From a bacterium (lineage in GTDB: Bacteria > Lernaellota > Lernaellaia > JACKCT01), in assembly GCA_019912885.1 (NCBI GenBank), contig JAIOHV010000229.1:3846-67845 (forward strand): 64,000 nt of DNA, read 5' to 3'. Under the pieces are notes generated by a model. That model was not told where the DNA came from, ran no database searches, and saw only the letters and a program-made list of their open reading frames with translations. The translations under genes were made by a program, and so were the position numbers. Every line of letters starts with the position of its first letter. Positions within the stretch are counted from its first letter, which is position 1. Of this stretch, positions 9,318 to 18,826 are shown one piece after another.

Positions 9318-10808
9318 TCATGACGACAGTTGGGGGGGGACACGCATTTCGCGCAACGGGACGCCCGCATCGGTATCGTCTGGGCGAATCGAAGCCGCGG
9401 ACACGGCGTACGAAAGCGCGTGCCCGGCGATCTCAATCGCCCGGGACGGATTGCGCTTCATCCACGCCAACCACTGGCCGCCGTGTGCGCGCAGATATCG
9501 GCTCGACAGGTAGTAGCGCCGATAAAAGCGGCGCCGCAGCCGGGCGATCGTCACGTCGGACATCGCGCTCAGATTGCCGCGCGGCCGATCGACGTGGCGC
9601 ATGTCGGTATCACCGGGGCGGTCGGCCGCGAGCGCGGTGTCCGGATACGGCGTGCAAAACGACATCTGCGCGACCAGGGGATTGAGCGCGCACGCGAGCG
9701 CCTCGGTCTTTTGGAAATCTTCGCGTGTCTCGCCGGGCGCGCCGATCATGAATGTGTAGCGGTTTCGGAAGCCGAACCGGTCGAGCATCGCGGCGCGTTG
9801 CCGGATATCGGCGACCGTCGTCTTTTTATTCAGCCGTTCGAGGATCGCGTCGCTGCCGGACTCGACGCCGCACGTCATCCCCACGCACCCCGCCGCCTTC
9901 ATCGCGGCGGCAAGTTCCTCGTCCAGGTGGTCAAGCCGCGTCTGAACGATCCACGGCACGCCCAGGCGCCTTTTCCCAAGCTGGCGGCACACTTCCAGCG
10001 CCCACCGGCGATGACCGGTGAAGATCTCGTCCTCGATCGAAATCACGTTGCGGCGAGCCTCCCGAACCTGATATTCCATTTCGGCGACGAGGCGCTCGGG
10101 TTCGCACGCGCGGAAAGCCAGGTGAGCACTCTGCCGCGCCATCGACGAGCAGAACGCGCAGTCATAAAAACAGCCGCGCGTCGCGAGGATGAATCCCCAG
10201 CGGGCCCTTTCACCGATCGCAAGCGGAAACGAATATTTGTGGAAGCGGTCCGTCGCCAGAAGACGCGCGGGGACAAACGGCAGATCGTCCGTGCGGGCTA
10301 GCGGCGCCGCCCCGGTCGACCGCATTCGATGGCCGTCGCGAAGGATCAACCCTACCGGCGGCGCGCCGGCGCGGCGGGCGCTCCACCACGAAACAAGCGA
10401 TCCTGCCGTCGGCTCCGGATCGCCGCCGATGACGGCATCGGCGCCCGCATCGAGCACGTCGCCCGGATGCGCCTCGGCATACGAGCCGAACGCGGCAACC
10501 ATCGACCCCACATCGCGCGCGGCGTCGATGACGCGGCGCATCGCCGGCATGCGGCCAAACGGGATCTCCACGAACACGGCGTCCGGCCGATCCGCGAGGT
10601 CCGGAGTCGCGCCGGGCGCGATCACGGCAAGCTGGGCGCCAAACCCGAGCCGCCCGAGCATGGCGCCCGAGAGCGCGGCGGAAAACGGCAGCACACGATC
10701 GCGCGGATGCGGCCCGTTTTCCTCCGCGGTGCGGATGAACAGCGCACGAGGCGCGCCGGGCCGACCGTCGGAGATGGGGAGACGATTTGTGTTATCCGCG
10801 CGCGCCAA
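9318..10808 (-). CDS. B12-binding (class B) radical SAM enzyme (second copy)
   Basis: The N-terminal B12-binding-like region (...LAVIAPGATPD...VIGGDPEPT...) is followed by ATRGCFYDCAFCS (CxxxCxxC) and a rSAM core (GVESGSDAILERLNKK). The true start may be internal to the listed ORF. Confidence 0.75.
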   Translation of the reverse strand: MARADNTNRLPISDGRPGAPRALFIRTAEENGPHPRDRVLPFSAALSGAMLGRLGFGAQLAVIAPGATPDLADRPDAVFVEIPFGRMPAMRRVIDAARDVGSMVAAFGSYAEAHPGDVLDAGADAVIGGDPEPTAGSLVSWWSARRAGAPPVGLILRDGHRMRSTGAAPLARTDDLPFVPARLLATDRFHKYSFPLAIGERARWGFILATRGCFYDCAFCSSMARQSAHLAFRACEPERLVAEMEYQVREARRNVISIEDEIFTGHRRWALEVCRQLGKRRLGVPWIVQTRLDHLDEELAAAMKAAGCVGMTCGVESGSDAILERLNKKTTVADIRQRAAMLDRFGFRNRYTFMIGAPGETREDFQKTEALACALNPLVAQMSFCTPYPDTALAADRPGDTDMRHVDRPRGNLSAMSDVTIARLRRRFYRRYYLSSRYLRAHGGQWLAWMKRNPSRAIEIAGHALSYAVSAASIRPDDTDAGVPLREMRVPPQLSS

Positions 10809-10879
10809 CCGTTCCCATCTCCTGTGATGATGTACCGCTCATGATACGCGACCCGCGCCGCGCGGCAAAGGGCCGCAAT

Positions 10880-12001
10880 TTACGCCCCGCGCAGCAGATG
10901 CGCCCTCGCCTGACGGTACGTTTCGATCGGATGCGCGGCGAGATACGGCAGATGAAAACGGATCGCCGGTTCGGTGATACCGATATCCCAGCACGGCTGC
11001 GTGCAGCCGCGCACGATCTCGCATTGCGCGCGATAGTCCGCGCCGGCCACAATCTCCTCGAGCGGCGCCTGTCGAATATTGCCGGCGGGCCGTTCGTTGT
11101 AACAAGCCTTCACATCACCGTTCGGTTCGACGATGACAAACAGAAAGCCCGCCACGCACGGCACGGCGCGTCCGGGCCTGTACGCGTCGTCGATGCGGCG
11201 CACGAAAAGCGGCGAGTTCGCGTGTATGCCCCGCGCGTTCAGATCGTCGACGATCCGCGCCAGCGTCGCCTTGGCTGTCTCCCATTCGTCGTCGGTGGGC
11301 AACAGATTGTCGAACGCCGCGCGGTCCATGTGCCGTTGCTGCAACGCGGTGTGTACGGGCGTGAACTGGATTTTCTGCACCCCGAGCCCGACGAGAAACG
11401 CGGCGAGCTCGTCGAGCACCGCGATGTTGTCGCGCATCACGGTCACGTTGACGCCGACCGGCACCGGCGCGGGCCGCGAGCGAAACGCGCGGATCGCGCG
11501 AACGACTTTGGGTAGGCCGTCCACGCCACGAATCGCCTTGTAGCCTTCGGGTTTGTGGTGATCGCACGAGACGTACACCATCGAAAGACCCGCGTCGGCG
11601 AGCGACGCCGCGCGCGCGTCGTCAATGTTCATTCCGTGCGTGTTCAGGTGGATGGAAAGGCCCGCGCCGGAAAAGGCCGCGATGATCGTTTCGAGGTCGT
11701 GCCGAAGCGTCGGCTCGCCGCCGCCGATCGAGACGACGCGCGTCCCGAGCGCGGCAAGCGACGGAATCATCGACAACACCTCGCCTGTCGACAAATCGTC
11801 CGGCCCGCCGTTGGCCAACCGCCAGAATTCGCAGCTTCGGCATGCGGAGTTGCAGCGGTGCGTGATGTCGAAATACACGATCGGAAGGCGCGTCGGCGCG
11901 CCGCGTCCGTATCGCGCGCGAAGCACGCCGGCAAACGGCGCCGCGAGCGACGCCGCGAAACGCAGTTCTTTAATAAAGCGATTCGACGCACGGTTTGTCA
12001 T
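10880..12001 (-). CDS. Radical SAM enzyme with C-terminal SPASM domain
   Basis: The rSAM motif is ITHRCNSACRSCEFW and the SAM motif is IGGGEP. The C-terminal Cys cluster is CVAGF...GDVKAC...CEIVRGCTQPCW (SPASM/twitch pattern). Confidence 0.8.
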   Translation of the reverse strand: MTNRASNRFIKELRFAASLAAPFAGVLRARYGRGAPTRLPIVYFDITHRCNSACRSCEFWRLANGGPDDLSTGEVLSMIPSLAALGTRVVSIGGGEPTLRHDLETIIAAFSGAGLSIHLNTHGMNIDDARAASLADAGLSMVYVSCDHHKPEGYKAIRGVDGLPKVVRAIRAFRSRPAPVPVGVNVTVMRDNIAVLDELAAFLVGLGVQKIQFTPVHTALQQRHMDRAAFDNLLPTDDEWETAKATLARIVDDLNARGIHANSPLFVRRIDDAYRPGRAVPCVAGFLFVIVEPNGDVKACYNERPAGNIRQAPLEEIVAGADYRAQCEIVRGCTQPCWDIGITEPAIRFHLPYLAAHPIETYRQARAHLLRGA

Positions 12002-12239
12002 CCGGTGAATTGTCGCATACGGGGCGCCCGCGCGCGACCGACGCCATGCGCCGCGGAATTTTTCCGCGCGGACCCGCCGGCGCGATGGGAGTCTCGCGAA
12101 TACCGGCGTTCCCTCGACCCCAACCCCGGCATCGGGTAAAGTCGAGCGTCAGGTCCGATGGGATATGGCGCGCCGGGCAAAGGTTCGAAGAACGCATGAA
12201 TGACGAGCGGAAATTTCGCGCGCGAGGGGAGATCGCTTC

Positions 12240-13280
12240 ATGAGGGCGATTCATTTCGTGCGTGCGTTTCGGGCGGCTCTCCGATTGCGTATTCGGGGAG
12301 AAAAGACGCCTCTCGCGGCGAGTTGGCCGCTGTCGCATCGGTGCAACCTTCGATGCTCGTACTGCCAGATTTGGGACAAACTCGGTTACGAACTCGATCT
12401 GGAACAAGGCAAGAAACTCATCGACGACCTGGCCGCGGCCGGAACCATCTGGCTCTCATTTTCCGGCGGCGAACCCATGTTGCGCAAGGAGGTGGGCGCC
12501 TTCATCGACTACGCCACCGAGCGCGGCATGGAGACGAGTATCAGCACCAACGGCCGCCAGATCGATTCGCGCTGGCACGAGATCCGCCGCGTCGGCCGTG
12601 TCAAGATCAGCCTCGACGGACCCGAAGACGTCCACGACGGCGTTCGCGGCGCGGGCTCCCACGCGGTGGCGATGCGCGCGGCCGAAACCTGTCTCGAGCA
12701 CGGCATCCCGATCAAGTTTTCCGCGGTGCTCGGCAATCACAATCTCGAGGCGATCGACTACCTGATTGACGTGTCGCGCCAATTCCAAACGCAGGTGATG
12801 TTTCAGCCGACGACGCTCGCCAAGCTGCGCGACTTCGAGCCCAATCCCGTCTGCCCCGATATCGAGGGATACCGGCGAGTTGTCGACGATCTGATCGCGC
12901 GAAAGAAGAAGGGCTGCCGTCAGATCGCGAACACGCTCGATGGGCTGCGTCACATCCGCAAGTGGCCGGAATCGACCGCCGTGGAATGCTGGGCCGGCCT
13001 TTTGTCGCTGGCCCTGGAGCCTGACGGCACGATCACCTCCTGCACGCGCGGCCCGCTTGAGAAAAGGCAGCGCATCGCGCGGGACGGATCGTTTCCGAAG
13101 GCGTTCGCGCAGCTACACGTTCCGGACTGCCAGCAATGCTGGGACAGCGGCATGCTGGACCTGAACCACGCGTTGTCGTTTAGGGCGCGCACCGCCTTGG
13201 CGCTGGTGGCGAGATTCTATCGGCGGCCGCGCCGGCAAATCGAACGCGTGCATCTGGTAAAATCGACCGCCCCCCGCTGA
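12240..13280 (+). CDS. Radical SAM enzyme with C-terminal SPASM domain
   Basis: Motifs SHRCNLRCSYCQIW, FSGGEP and the C-terminal VECW...SCTRG...CQQCWDSG are present. It is divergent from the minus-strand operon and adjacent to UPF0104 copy B. Confidence 0.8.
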   Translation: MRAIHFVRAFRAALRLRIRGEKTPLAASWPLSHRCNLRCSYCQIWDKLGYELDLEQGKKLIDDLAAAGTIWLSFSGGEPMLRKEVGAFIDYATERGMETSISTNGRQIDSRWHEIRRVGRVKISLDGPEDVHDGVRGAGSHAVAMRAAETCLEHGIPIKFSAVLGNHNLEAIDYLIDVSRQFQTQVMFQPTTLAKLRDFEPNPVCPDIEGYRRVVDDLIARKKKGCRQIANTLDGLRHIRKWPESTAVECWAGLLSLALEPDGTITSCTRGPLEKRQRIARDGSFPKAFAQLHVPDCQQCWDSGMLDLNHALSFRARTALALVARFYRRPRRQIERVHLVKSTAPR

Positions 13281-13335
13281 CGTCGCGGATCGGCACGCAC
13301 GGCGCGAACCGCGACCCCGTTTTCGCGCAGGATCC

Positions 13336-14361
13336 TCACGAACCCTTCGCGCGGGTTCGATCCATTCCGGATGCGTCGTCCGCCGTCGTGAACAGCCCCA
13401 TGCGAAGGGCGGACGGCAGAAAAAACAACGATACGAATACGGGAAGCAGGCTCATCGAAAATGACATGATGAGCCCGCCCGCGAGGGCCGTGACCTCGCT
13501 GCCGAACGGCGCGAAAAAAGCCACCATCGCCGCCTCGCGCGTCCCCAGCCCCATGAAAGTGATCGGCAGATTCGCCACCAGGAACACGAGCGGCGCACGC
13601 CAGAGCAACTCGGCGATCGGTACACCCACGCCCGCGGCGTCAAGGCACATGCCGATCGCAAACAGATCGACCAACTGAAGCGCACAGCCGGCCAAGACCA
13701 ACCAAAGGCGATTCGAAAGGCCGAGGTCGGTGAACCCGCCGACGAGATTGGCGAACAGGTCGCCGGCGCGCCCGTTTTTCGCGCGCACCCACGCCACCGG
13801 GTGGCGCATCCACGGCAGCGCGAACGGCACGGCGAGAACAACCGCGAGGCCGGCCGCCGGCAGCACCCGGCCCGCCGTGCCGGTAAGGAGAAGCCCAAGC
13901 GCGAGATACACCCAGATCGTGTAGAAGTTGATGAAGTGGTACAGCGCCATCGAACCCGCGCCGCGCGCGAAAGGCAGGCCGTAGTGCACGCGAAGATAAT
14001 TCGGCCCGATGACAAACGACCCCGCCTTCATGGGCAGGATCGCGCGCAGGCATAGCACGCCAAGCCACAGGCGGTAGATCTCGACGAGCGGCGGGCGCGC
14101 GCCAAGCCACACGACGATTCGATGCCAGAAAAGCGGAGCCCCAACGAAGATGACCACGAAGTGCAGCGCGATCGCCGCGGCGATGGAGGCGGAATTCGCC
14201 TCGGAAAGTGTCCGGCGCAGGTCGTCCCAGCCGCCAACGCGAACGAGCGCCGCGAAGATGAGCGCCATGAGCACGATCGCCGCCGCCGCGCGCCAGAGCC
14301 GTCGCCGGCGAAAGCCGTGTCCGATCGCGGACAAGACGGTCTTTCGTTCGACAGGCTTCAT
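13336..14361 (-). CDS. UPF0104 / LPG-synthase-TM-like flippase-like membrane protein (copy B)
   Basis: It is about 75-80% identical at protein and nucleotide level to 2381..3406, with the same GLGTREAA motif. ATG is at 14359-14361. Confidence 0.75.
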   Translation of the reverse strand: MKPVERKTVLSAIGHGFRRRRLWRAAAAIVLMALIFAALVRVGGWDDLRRTLSEANSASIAAAIALHFVVIFVGAPLFWHRIVVWLGARPPLVEIYRLWLGVLCLRAILPMKAGSFVIGPNYLRVHYGLPFARGAGSMALYHFINFYTIWVYLALGLLLTGTAGRVLPAAGLAVVLAVPFALPWMRHPVAWVRAKNGRAGDLFANLVGGFTDLGLSNRLWLVLAGCALQLVDLFAIGMCLDAAGVGVPIAELLWRAPLVFLVANLPITFMGLGTREAAMVAFFAPFGSEVTALAGGLIMSFSMSLLPVFVSLFFLPSALRMGLFTTADDASGMDRTRAKGS

Positions 14362-14447
14362 GCGTCTTCATCCATGGGGATTATTCCGCCGCCATTACGA
14401 CCTGTGCGGCTTGTGTAGGCAAGAGCCGCCAAGTTACCTTGCGCGCC

Positions 14448-15683
14448 ATGATCCCCCGCCGCCGCACCACCACCTACCCGGGCATGACGCGACGGATCAT
14501 CTCCGCATATCTCAATGGCGAGGCCGTCGCCGGCGCGGCATCGGCCGAGTTCGAACGGCGCCTGGCCGCGATCGCGGGCACGCGCCACGGTATCGTCGTG
14601 TCGTCCGGCCGCTTCGGGCTGCAACTGATTCTGCGAAACATCGGCCTTGCGCCCGGCGCGGAGGTGATCGTGCCGGCGTACACGCTCACCGAGTTGCCGC
14701 ACGTCGTGCGGGATGCGGGATATACGCCGGTGCTGGCCGACATCGAAGCGCACAGCCTTAACGTCGGCCCGGAGCAGATCGCGAAAAAGATCACCGAACG
14801 CACGAGCGTGATCCTCCTGACGCACATGACCGGCGAGCCGGGCGACGTGGACGGCATTTTGCGCCTCGCGGCCGAGCGCGGACTCCTTGTGATCGAGGAC
14901 AACGCGCACGGCATCGGGGTGACGTTGCCCGACGGGCGACCGCTCGGCTCGCTCGGACGCGCGTCGTTTGTCTCGCTAGCCACGCGCAAGGTGGTCAACA
15001 CCTTCGCGGGCGGCGCCATTCTTACCAACGACGATGCCCTTGCCGCCAAAATTCGCGAGGCCGTCGCGTCCCTGCCGGTCACGCACAAAAAGCTTCTGAT
15101 CCGCGTCGTCACCTGTTCACTTGAAATATCGAGCCTCGGCCGTATTTTCGCGCCGATGACCGTCCGTCTTTTGCATTCTCCCCGGTTCAACAAGATGATG
15201 GTCGGGCTCTACCGTGCGATGCACCGCCGCGGGCGGGAGACGGAGTTCGGATACGCCAACCTGCAGGCGCTTCTCGGGCTGGACCAGTTCGATGTCCTTT
15301 CCGCGACCATTGCGCGGCGGCGAGCCGTCGCGAAGACCATCATTGACGGTCTAATGGAATCGCCGGACTTCGACCGCGAATACCTCGCCGCGCTGCGCGT
15401 ACGCGCGTTCGGATCCGGCGCGATCACGCACAACTTTTTTGAGCTGATCGTCATGGCGCACAATCCGTCCGCGCTGGCCGGGAAGTTGCTCAGGCACGGC
15501 GTGGATGTCGGTACGGGCGACGATGTTTGCGAGGATCTACCGCGCTTGTACGGCGCCGGCGGCGACTTCCCCAATCTGCGCCACGCCCTTGCCCACGCCG
15601 TGCAGCTACCGATCTGGTCGACGATGACCGAGCGCGAGGCGCGCGTCGTGGTGGCGCGGATTCTCGCGGCGGCGCACGACTGA
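14448..15683 (+). CDS. DegT/DnrJ/EryC1/StrS-family PLP-dependent aminotransferase (copy B)
   Basis: Translation MIPRRRTTTYPG...GAEVIVPAYTLTELPHV...LLTHMTGEPGDVDGILRLAAERGLLVIEDNAHGIG is a clear family match. An alternative start lies at 14439. Confidence 0.8.
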   Translation: MIPRRRTTTYPGMTRRIISAYLNGEAVAGAASAEFERRLAAIAGTRHGIVVSSGRFGLQLILRNIGLAPGAEVIVPAYTLTELPHVVRDAGYTPVLADIEAHSLNVGPEQIAKKITERTSVILLTHMTGEPGDVDGILRLAAERGLLVIEDNAHGIGVTLPDGRPLGSLGRASFVSLATRKVVNTFAGGAILTNDDALAAKIREAVASLPVTHKKLLIRVVTCSLEISSLGRIFAPMTVRLLHSPRFNKMMVGLYRAMHRRGRETEFGYANLQALLGLDQFDVLSATIARRRAVAKTIIDGLMESPDFDREYLAALRVRAFGSGAITHNFFELIVMAHNPSALAGKLLRHGVDVGTGDDVCEDLPRLYGAGGDFPNLRHALAHAVQLPIWSTMTEREARVVVARILAAAHD

Positions 15684-15849
15684 GGTCGCCGGGCTGTTTC
15701 CACGCGGCGTTTCGTGTCGCCTTGCGTCAATGCCGATGTGCGCCGACCGCTCGACGCACCGTTTTCGCGCGAGCCGTTTTTTTTGCATTACGACCCCACC
15801 TGACGCATGCCCGCCGGAACATCCGCTTGCATTGGACAAAGGAGACCTT

Positions 15850-16692
15850 ATGCAGGCGTTTCGATTTTACGAAGTCTCGGTGACGGGGATCGCGGGGGAT
15901 ATCCGGGGGCAATTCGCCGAGGCCAGCGGCTCGCTGCAACCTGTCGCGCACGCCGGCGACGCGCCGCTTATCGACGAATGGATCGTCAACGACGACGTCA
16001 GCGGCGCGGCGATTCGCCTGGCGATTCGCGGCGAGGCCGGCGCGCGCCGCCTCGCGCCGATCGGTATCGATCCCGCGCATCGGCTGACGCGGCTCTATGG
16101 TGCGCTCGCGTATTTTCGCGCGGGGATGATCGCGCGCGGCCTGGAGAAGGTGCACTCGTTTCGCTACGCCGACAATCTCGACATGGAGATCGCGGCCGGT
16201 GTCCTGTCCGCGGATGAGCGCATGAACGCCTTCGCCGAGGCGTTTCTCGGGCCGTGGTCGCCGATCGACGTCGCCTTTCTTTCGCCGCTGCGCGCGATCG
16301 CGGGCATCGACGCGCACGCCGACCCGGACGACATCCGCCGCGTGCTTCGCGACTGGTACGCGCGCGCCGAGGCGTGGTCCACGCGCGTCGCGGGTTTTTC
16401 GTATCACGGCGGCGCGTTCATCCGCGAGGAGTGCGGCGTGGAGAAAACCATCCTCGCCAAAGGCGACGAATGCCGCCTGTTCCGCGAGCCGTACAACCCC
16501 GTCGACCCGAACGCGATCGGCATCATGCACGTGTCCGGCCGCAAACTCGGCTACGTGCGCAAGACCATCGCCGCGCTCGTCGCGCCGCTCATGGATCTCG
16601 GCGTGGTGTATCGCGCGAAAGTGGGCGCGTTCCTGTCGAACGAGTTCGATCCGCCGGAGCGCGTTTACGTGTCGGTGGAGCGCGTGGGGTGA
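15850..16692 (+). CDS. Hypothetical protein with C-terminal HIRAN domain
   Basis: The AAGGAG RBS sits 6 nt before ATG 15850. The C-terminal ...VAGFSYHGG...GDECRLFREPYNPVDPNAIGIMHVSGRKLGYVRKTIAALVAPLMDLG matches the HIRAN consensus (NPxDxNAI ... GyV). The N-terminal about 190 aa is unassigned. Confidence 0.65.
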   Translation: MQAFRFYEVSVTGIAGDIRGQFAEASGSLQPVAHAGDAPLIDEWIVNDDVSGAAIRLAIRGEAGARRLAPIGIDPAHRLTRLYGALAYFRAGMIARGLEKVHSFRYADNLDMEIAAGVLSADERMNAFAEAFLGPWSPIDVAFLSPLRAIAGIDAHADPDDIRRVLRDWYARAEAWSTRVAGFSYHGGAFIREECGVEKTILAKGDECRLFREPYNPVDPNAIGIMHVSGRKLGYVRKTIAALVAPLMDLGVVYRAKVGAFLSNEFDPPERVYVSVERVG

Positions 16693-17693
16693 AGCGCACC
16701 GCCGTATTTCGCGGCGATCGCCGCGGCGGTACGCCGCACGTCGTCCGCCAGTTCCGGCGGTGCAAGAACGCGCACGCGGTCCGTGTAGGAGAGCACCCAC
16801 CACACGACCTCGCGCAGGCCGCCGACGGTCATCGCGACATCCACGGTGCCGTCCACGTTTCTCGTGTTCGACTGCGTGGGGTGGAAAAGGATTTCCTCGG
16901 CGTAGTGCGCGACATCGGCGTCGAAACGCACGCGCACCTCGACCGGCTTGCCGTGATAGATGCCGAAATTGCGATCGACCTTCGCCGCGAGCGAAAACCC
17001 GTCCGGCAGATCGAAGCGGTCGTCCGTGATCGCGGCCGATTGAACGCGGCGCACGGAGAAGATCGTCAGATCGTCGTGCTGGGCGGAGTACGCGGCAAGA
17101 TACAGAATCTGCCGGTGCACCACGATGCCGCACGGCCGGATGGAATATTCGCGCGGCGCTTCCCACGCGGGATTGAAATACGTCATGCGGCAGACGCGGT
17201 GCGCGAGGATCGCACGGTTCAGCGTGGAGATGATCTCTTTTTTCTCGCGGTAGAGGGCGCGCTGGTGATGGATCGGCGCGAAGTGATCCTCGATGTCCAC
17301 GAGACGCGCGACGACGTGCGGCGGGAGCGTCGAGGAGATTTTCTGGCGCAGGCGATCCATGCCGTCCTTGTACGGCGTACCCTCGAAGAAATCGAAAAGG
17401 CCCGACGCGAGCCACGCGGCGATAAGCTCGTCGTGATCGAGCGGAAACGGCGGCATGTCCGGCGCGGGCCCGATCACGCTCCAATACTTGACCGCGCCCT
17501 CCTGATGAATGACGCCGAGCGGAAATCCCGCCGCGCCAAGCGCCTCCAGATCGCGCTCGATCGTCCGCCGCGCGACGCCGTGCTCCTCGACAAGCTCCGC
17601 GACGGTCACGCCGACCTTCCGGTGCGCGGCGAGCTTCATAAGGATATTCCACTGGCGCACAAGCTGTTCGTTTCGGCCGATGTGGTCGGGCAT
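16665..17693 (-). CDS. WYL-domain transcriptional regulator (wHTH-WYL-WCX architecture)
   Basis: The N-terminal HTH is ...LVRQWNILMKLAAHRKVGVTVAELVEEHGVARRTIERDLEAL (DeoR/HTH_11-like). The central WYL-like region is ...ILAHRVCRMTYFNPAWEAPREYSIRPCGIVVHRQILYLAAYS... It is convergent with the HIRAN gene (28 bp 3' overlap) and divergent from 17822 gene. Confidence 0.75.
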   Translation of the reverse strand: MPDHIGRNEQLVRQWNILMKLAAHRKVGVTVAELVEEHGVARRTIERDLEALGAAGFPLGVIHQEGAVKYWSVIGPAPDMPPFPLDHDELIAAWLASGLFDFFEGTPYKDGMDRLRQKISSTLPPHVVARLVDIEDHFAPIHHQRALYREKKEIISTLNRAILAHRVCRMTYFNPAWEAPREYSIRPCGIVVHRQILYLAAYSAQHDDLTIFSVRRVQSAAITDDRFDLPDGFSLAAKVDRNFGIYHGKPVEVRVRFDADVAHYAEEILFHPTQSNTRNVDGTVDVAMTVGGLREVVWWVLSYTDRVRVLAPPELADDVRRTAAAIAAKYGGALHPTRSTDT

Positions 17694-17821
17694 GGGGACG
17701 CTCTCTTTCGAATCGCGAAATCATGCGAAAATGCTGTTTATGGTTGACGCCGAATTGAGCCTACGTTTTTATAGCGGATCGTGTCGTACATTAAAAGTCC
17801 TTAGAAACAACGGAGAACGAA

Positions 17822-18826
17822 GTGCCTTTATACAACAGACATTTGTCGAACCCGGCTTTTGAATACCTCTTAAGCAGCGATGGCGCGGACCTTCTGAAAC
17901 TTTTGCTGTCACCCGGCGTCAAAACGACAAATGCCGGGATACGCGTCCCTATCGACGTCCAGTTCCGACGGGGCGATTTTATCCAACTGTACGCCGGAAC
18001 CGCGTGCGTTCTGCGGTTGCAGTGGAACGGGACGACGTTTCAGTCAATACCGAAAAGTGTCCACAACTTCATCCGTTTGCGCGAAAACACAGTCACTGCG
18101 ATTGTGGAAAATTGGGAGCACCATCGAGACTCGGTTGAAATTAATGAACCGAGGTTCTTATTAAATGAATCGACGTGGCAAGCTGCCCTCGCTTTTCGCT
18201 TCGGACGGAATTTCAAAAAAGGCGATCCATTTTGTGTCATTGACGCCCAAATGAGGATGGAAACGCTTGCAGACAGCCGTGAACTAGAAATTGTCCAAGA
18301 AAGTTATAGGCCGATTCGCCAATCACTATGCGAATTGCCGGTAATTCGTTTGCCAAAGGAGTTTGCGTCCGGCAGTTTCTGGGATCAAATCGACATTCTC
18401 GGAATAAACGGTGATGGCAAGATCATCGTTGTCGAAATTAAGGTCGGGACCAGCGCGCGTGGCGTCTATTCGGGGCCGATTCAAGCGGGAGGCTATACCG
18501 AGCTCTTGACGGAATTTAAAGGCGACCTAGTTGCCGGCGTCCGTCCCCTGATCGAACAAAAAAAGCAACTTGGCCTACTACCCGCAAGTGCTCCGGATTT
18601 TAACCCGTCTGGCGACTTCGAAATTGCACCGATTCTGGCTGTCGGTGAACCGAATTGGCGCTCGTCGATGTGGAAAACGCTTGGAATCGTTCTGTCTGAA
18701 TGCCTCGAAAAAAAGTCGGAGACTTTTAAGGATTTTCGAATTTGTACATTCGACGATGTCGATTTCGACAAACAGTCAATGCGACCGGAACAAATCGCAC
18801 GGCTAAATCTGCCTTGGTATTTCTAA
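17822..18826 (+). CDS. PD-(D/E)xK-like (restriction-endonuclease-fold) protein, horizontally acquired
   Basis: It has a GTG start with GGAGA upstream. GC is markedly lower than its surroundings. The C-terminal half contains ...FWDQIDILGINGDGKIIVVEIKVG..., i.e. a D-(x13)-ExK catalytic triad pattern of PD-(D/E)xK nucleases. The remaining domains are unassigned. Confidence 0.55.
   Translation: MPLYNRHLSNPAFEYLLSSDGADLLKLLLSPGVKTTNAGIRVPIDVQFRRGDFIQLYAGTACVLRLQWNGTTFQSIPKSVHNFIRLRENTVTAIVENWEHHRDSVEINEPRFLLNESTWQAALAFRFGRNFKKGDPFCVIDAQMRMETLADSRELEIVQESYRPIRQSLCELPVIRLPKEFASGSFWDQIDILGINGDGKIIVVEIKVGTSARGVYSGPIQAGGYTELLTEFKGDLVAGVRPLIEQKKQLGLLPASAPDFNPSGDFEIAPILAVGEPNWRSSMWKTLGIVLSECLEKKSETFKDFRICTFDDVDFDKQSMRPEQIARLNLPWYF

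Noticed and set aside
15727-17724. 665-aa minus-strand ORF spanning the HIRAN and WYL genes
   Set aside because: It is an Arg/Gly-rich nonsense translation typical of high-GC antisense frames. It overlaps two convincing genes on other frames and strands.
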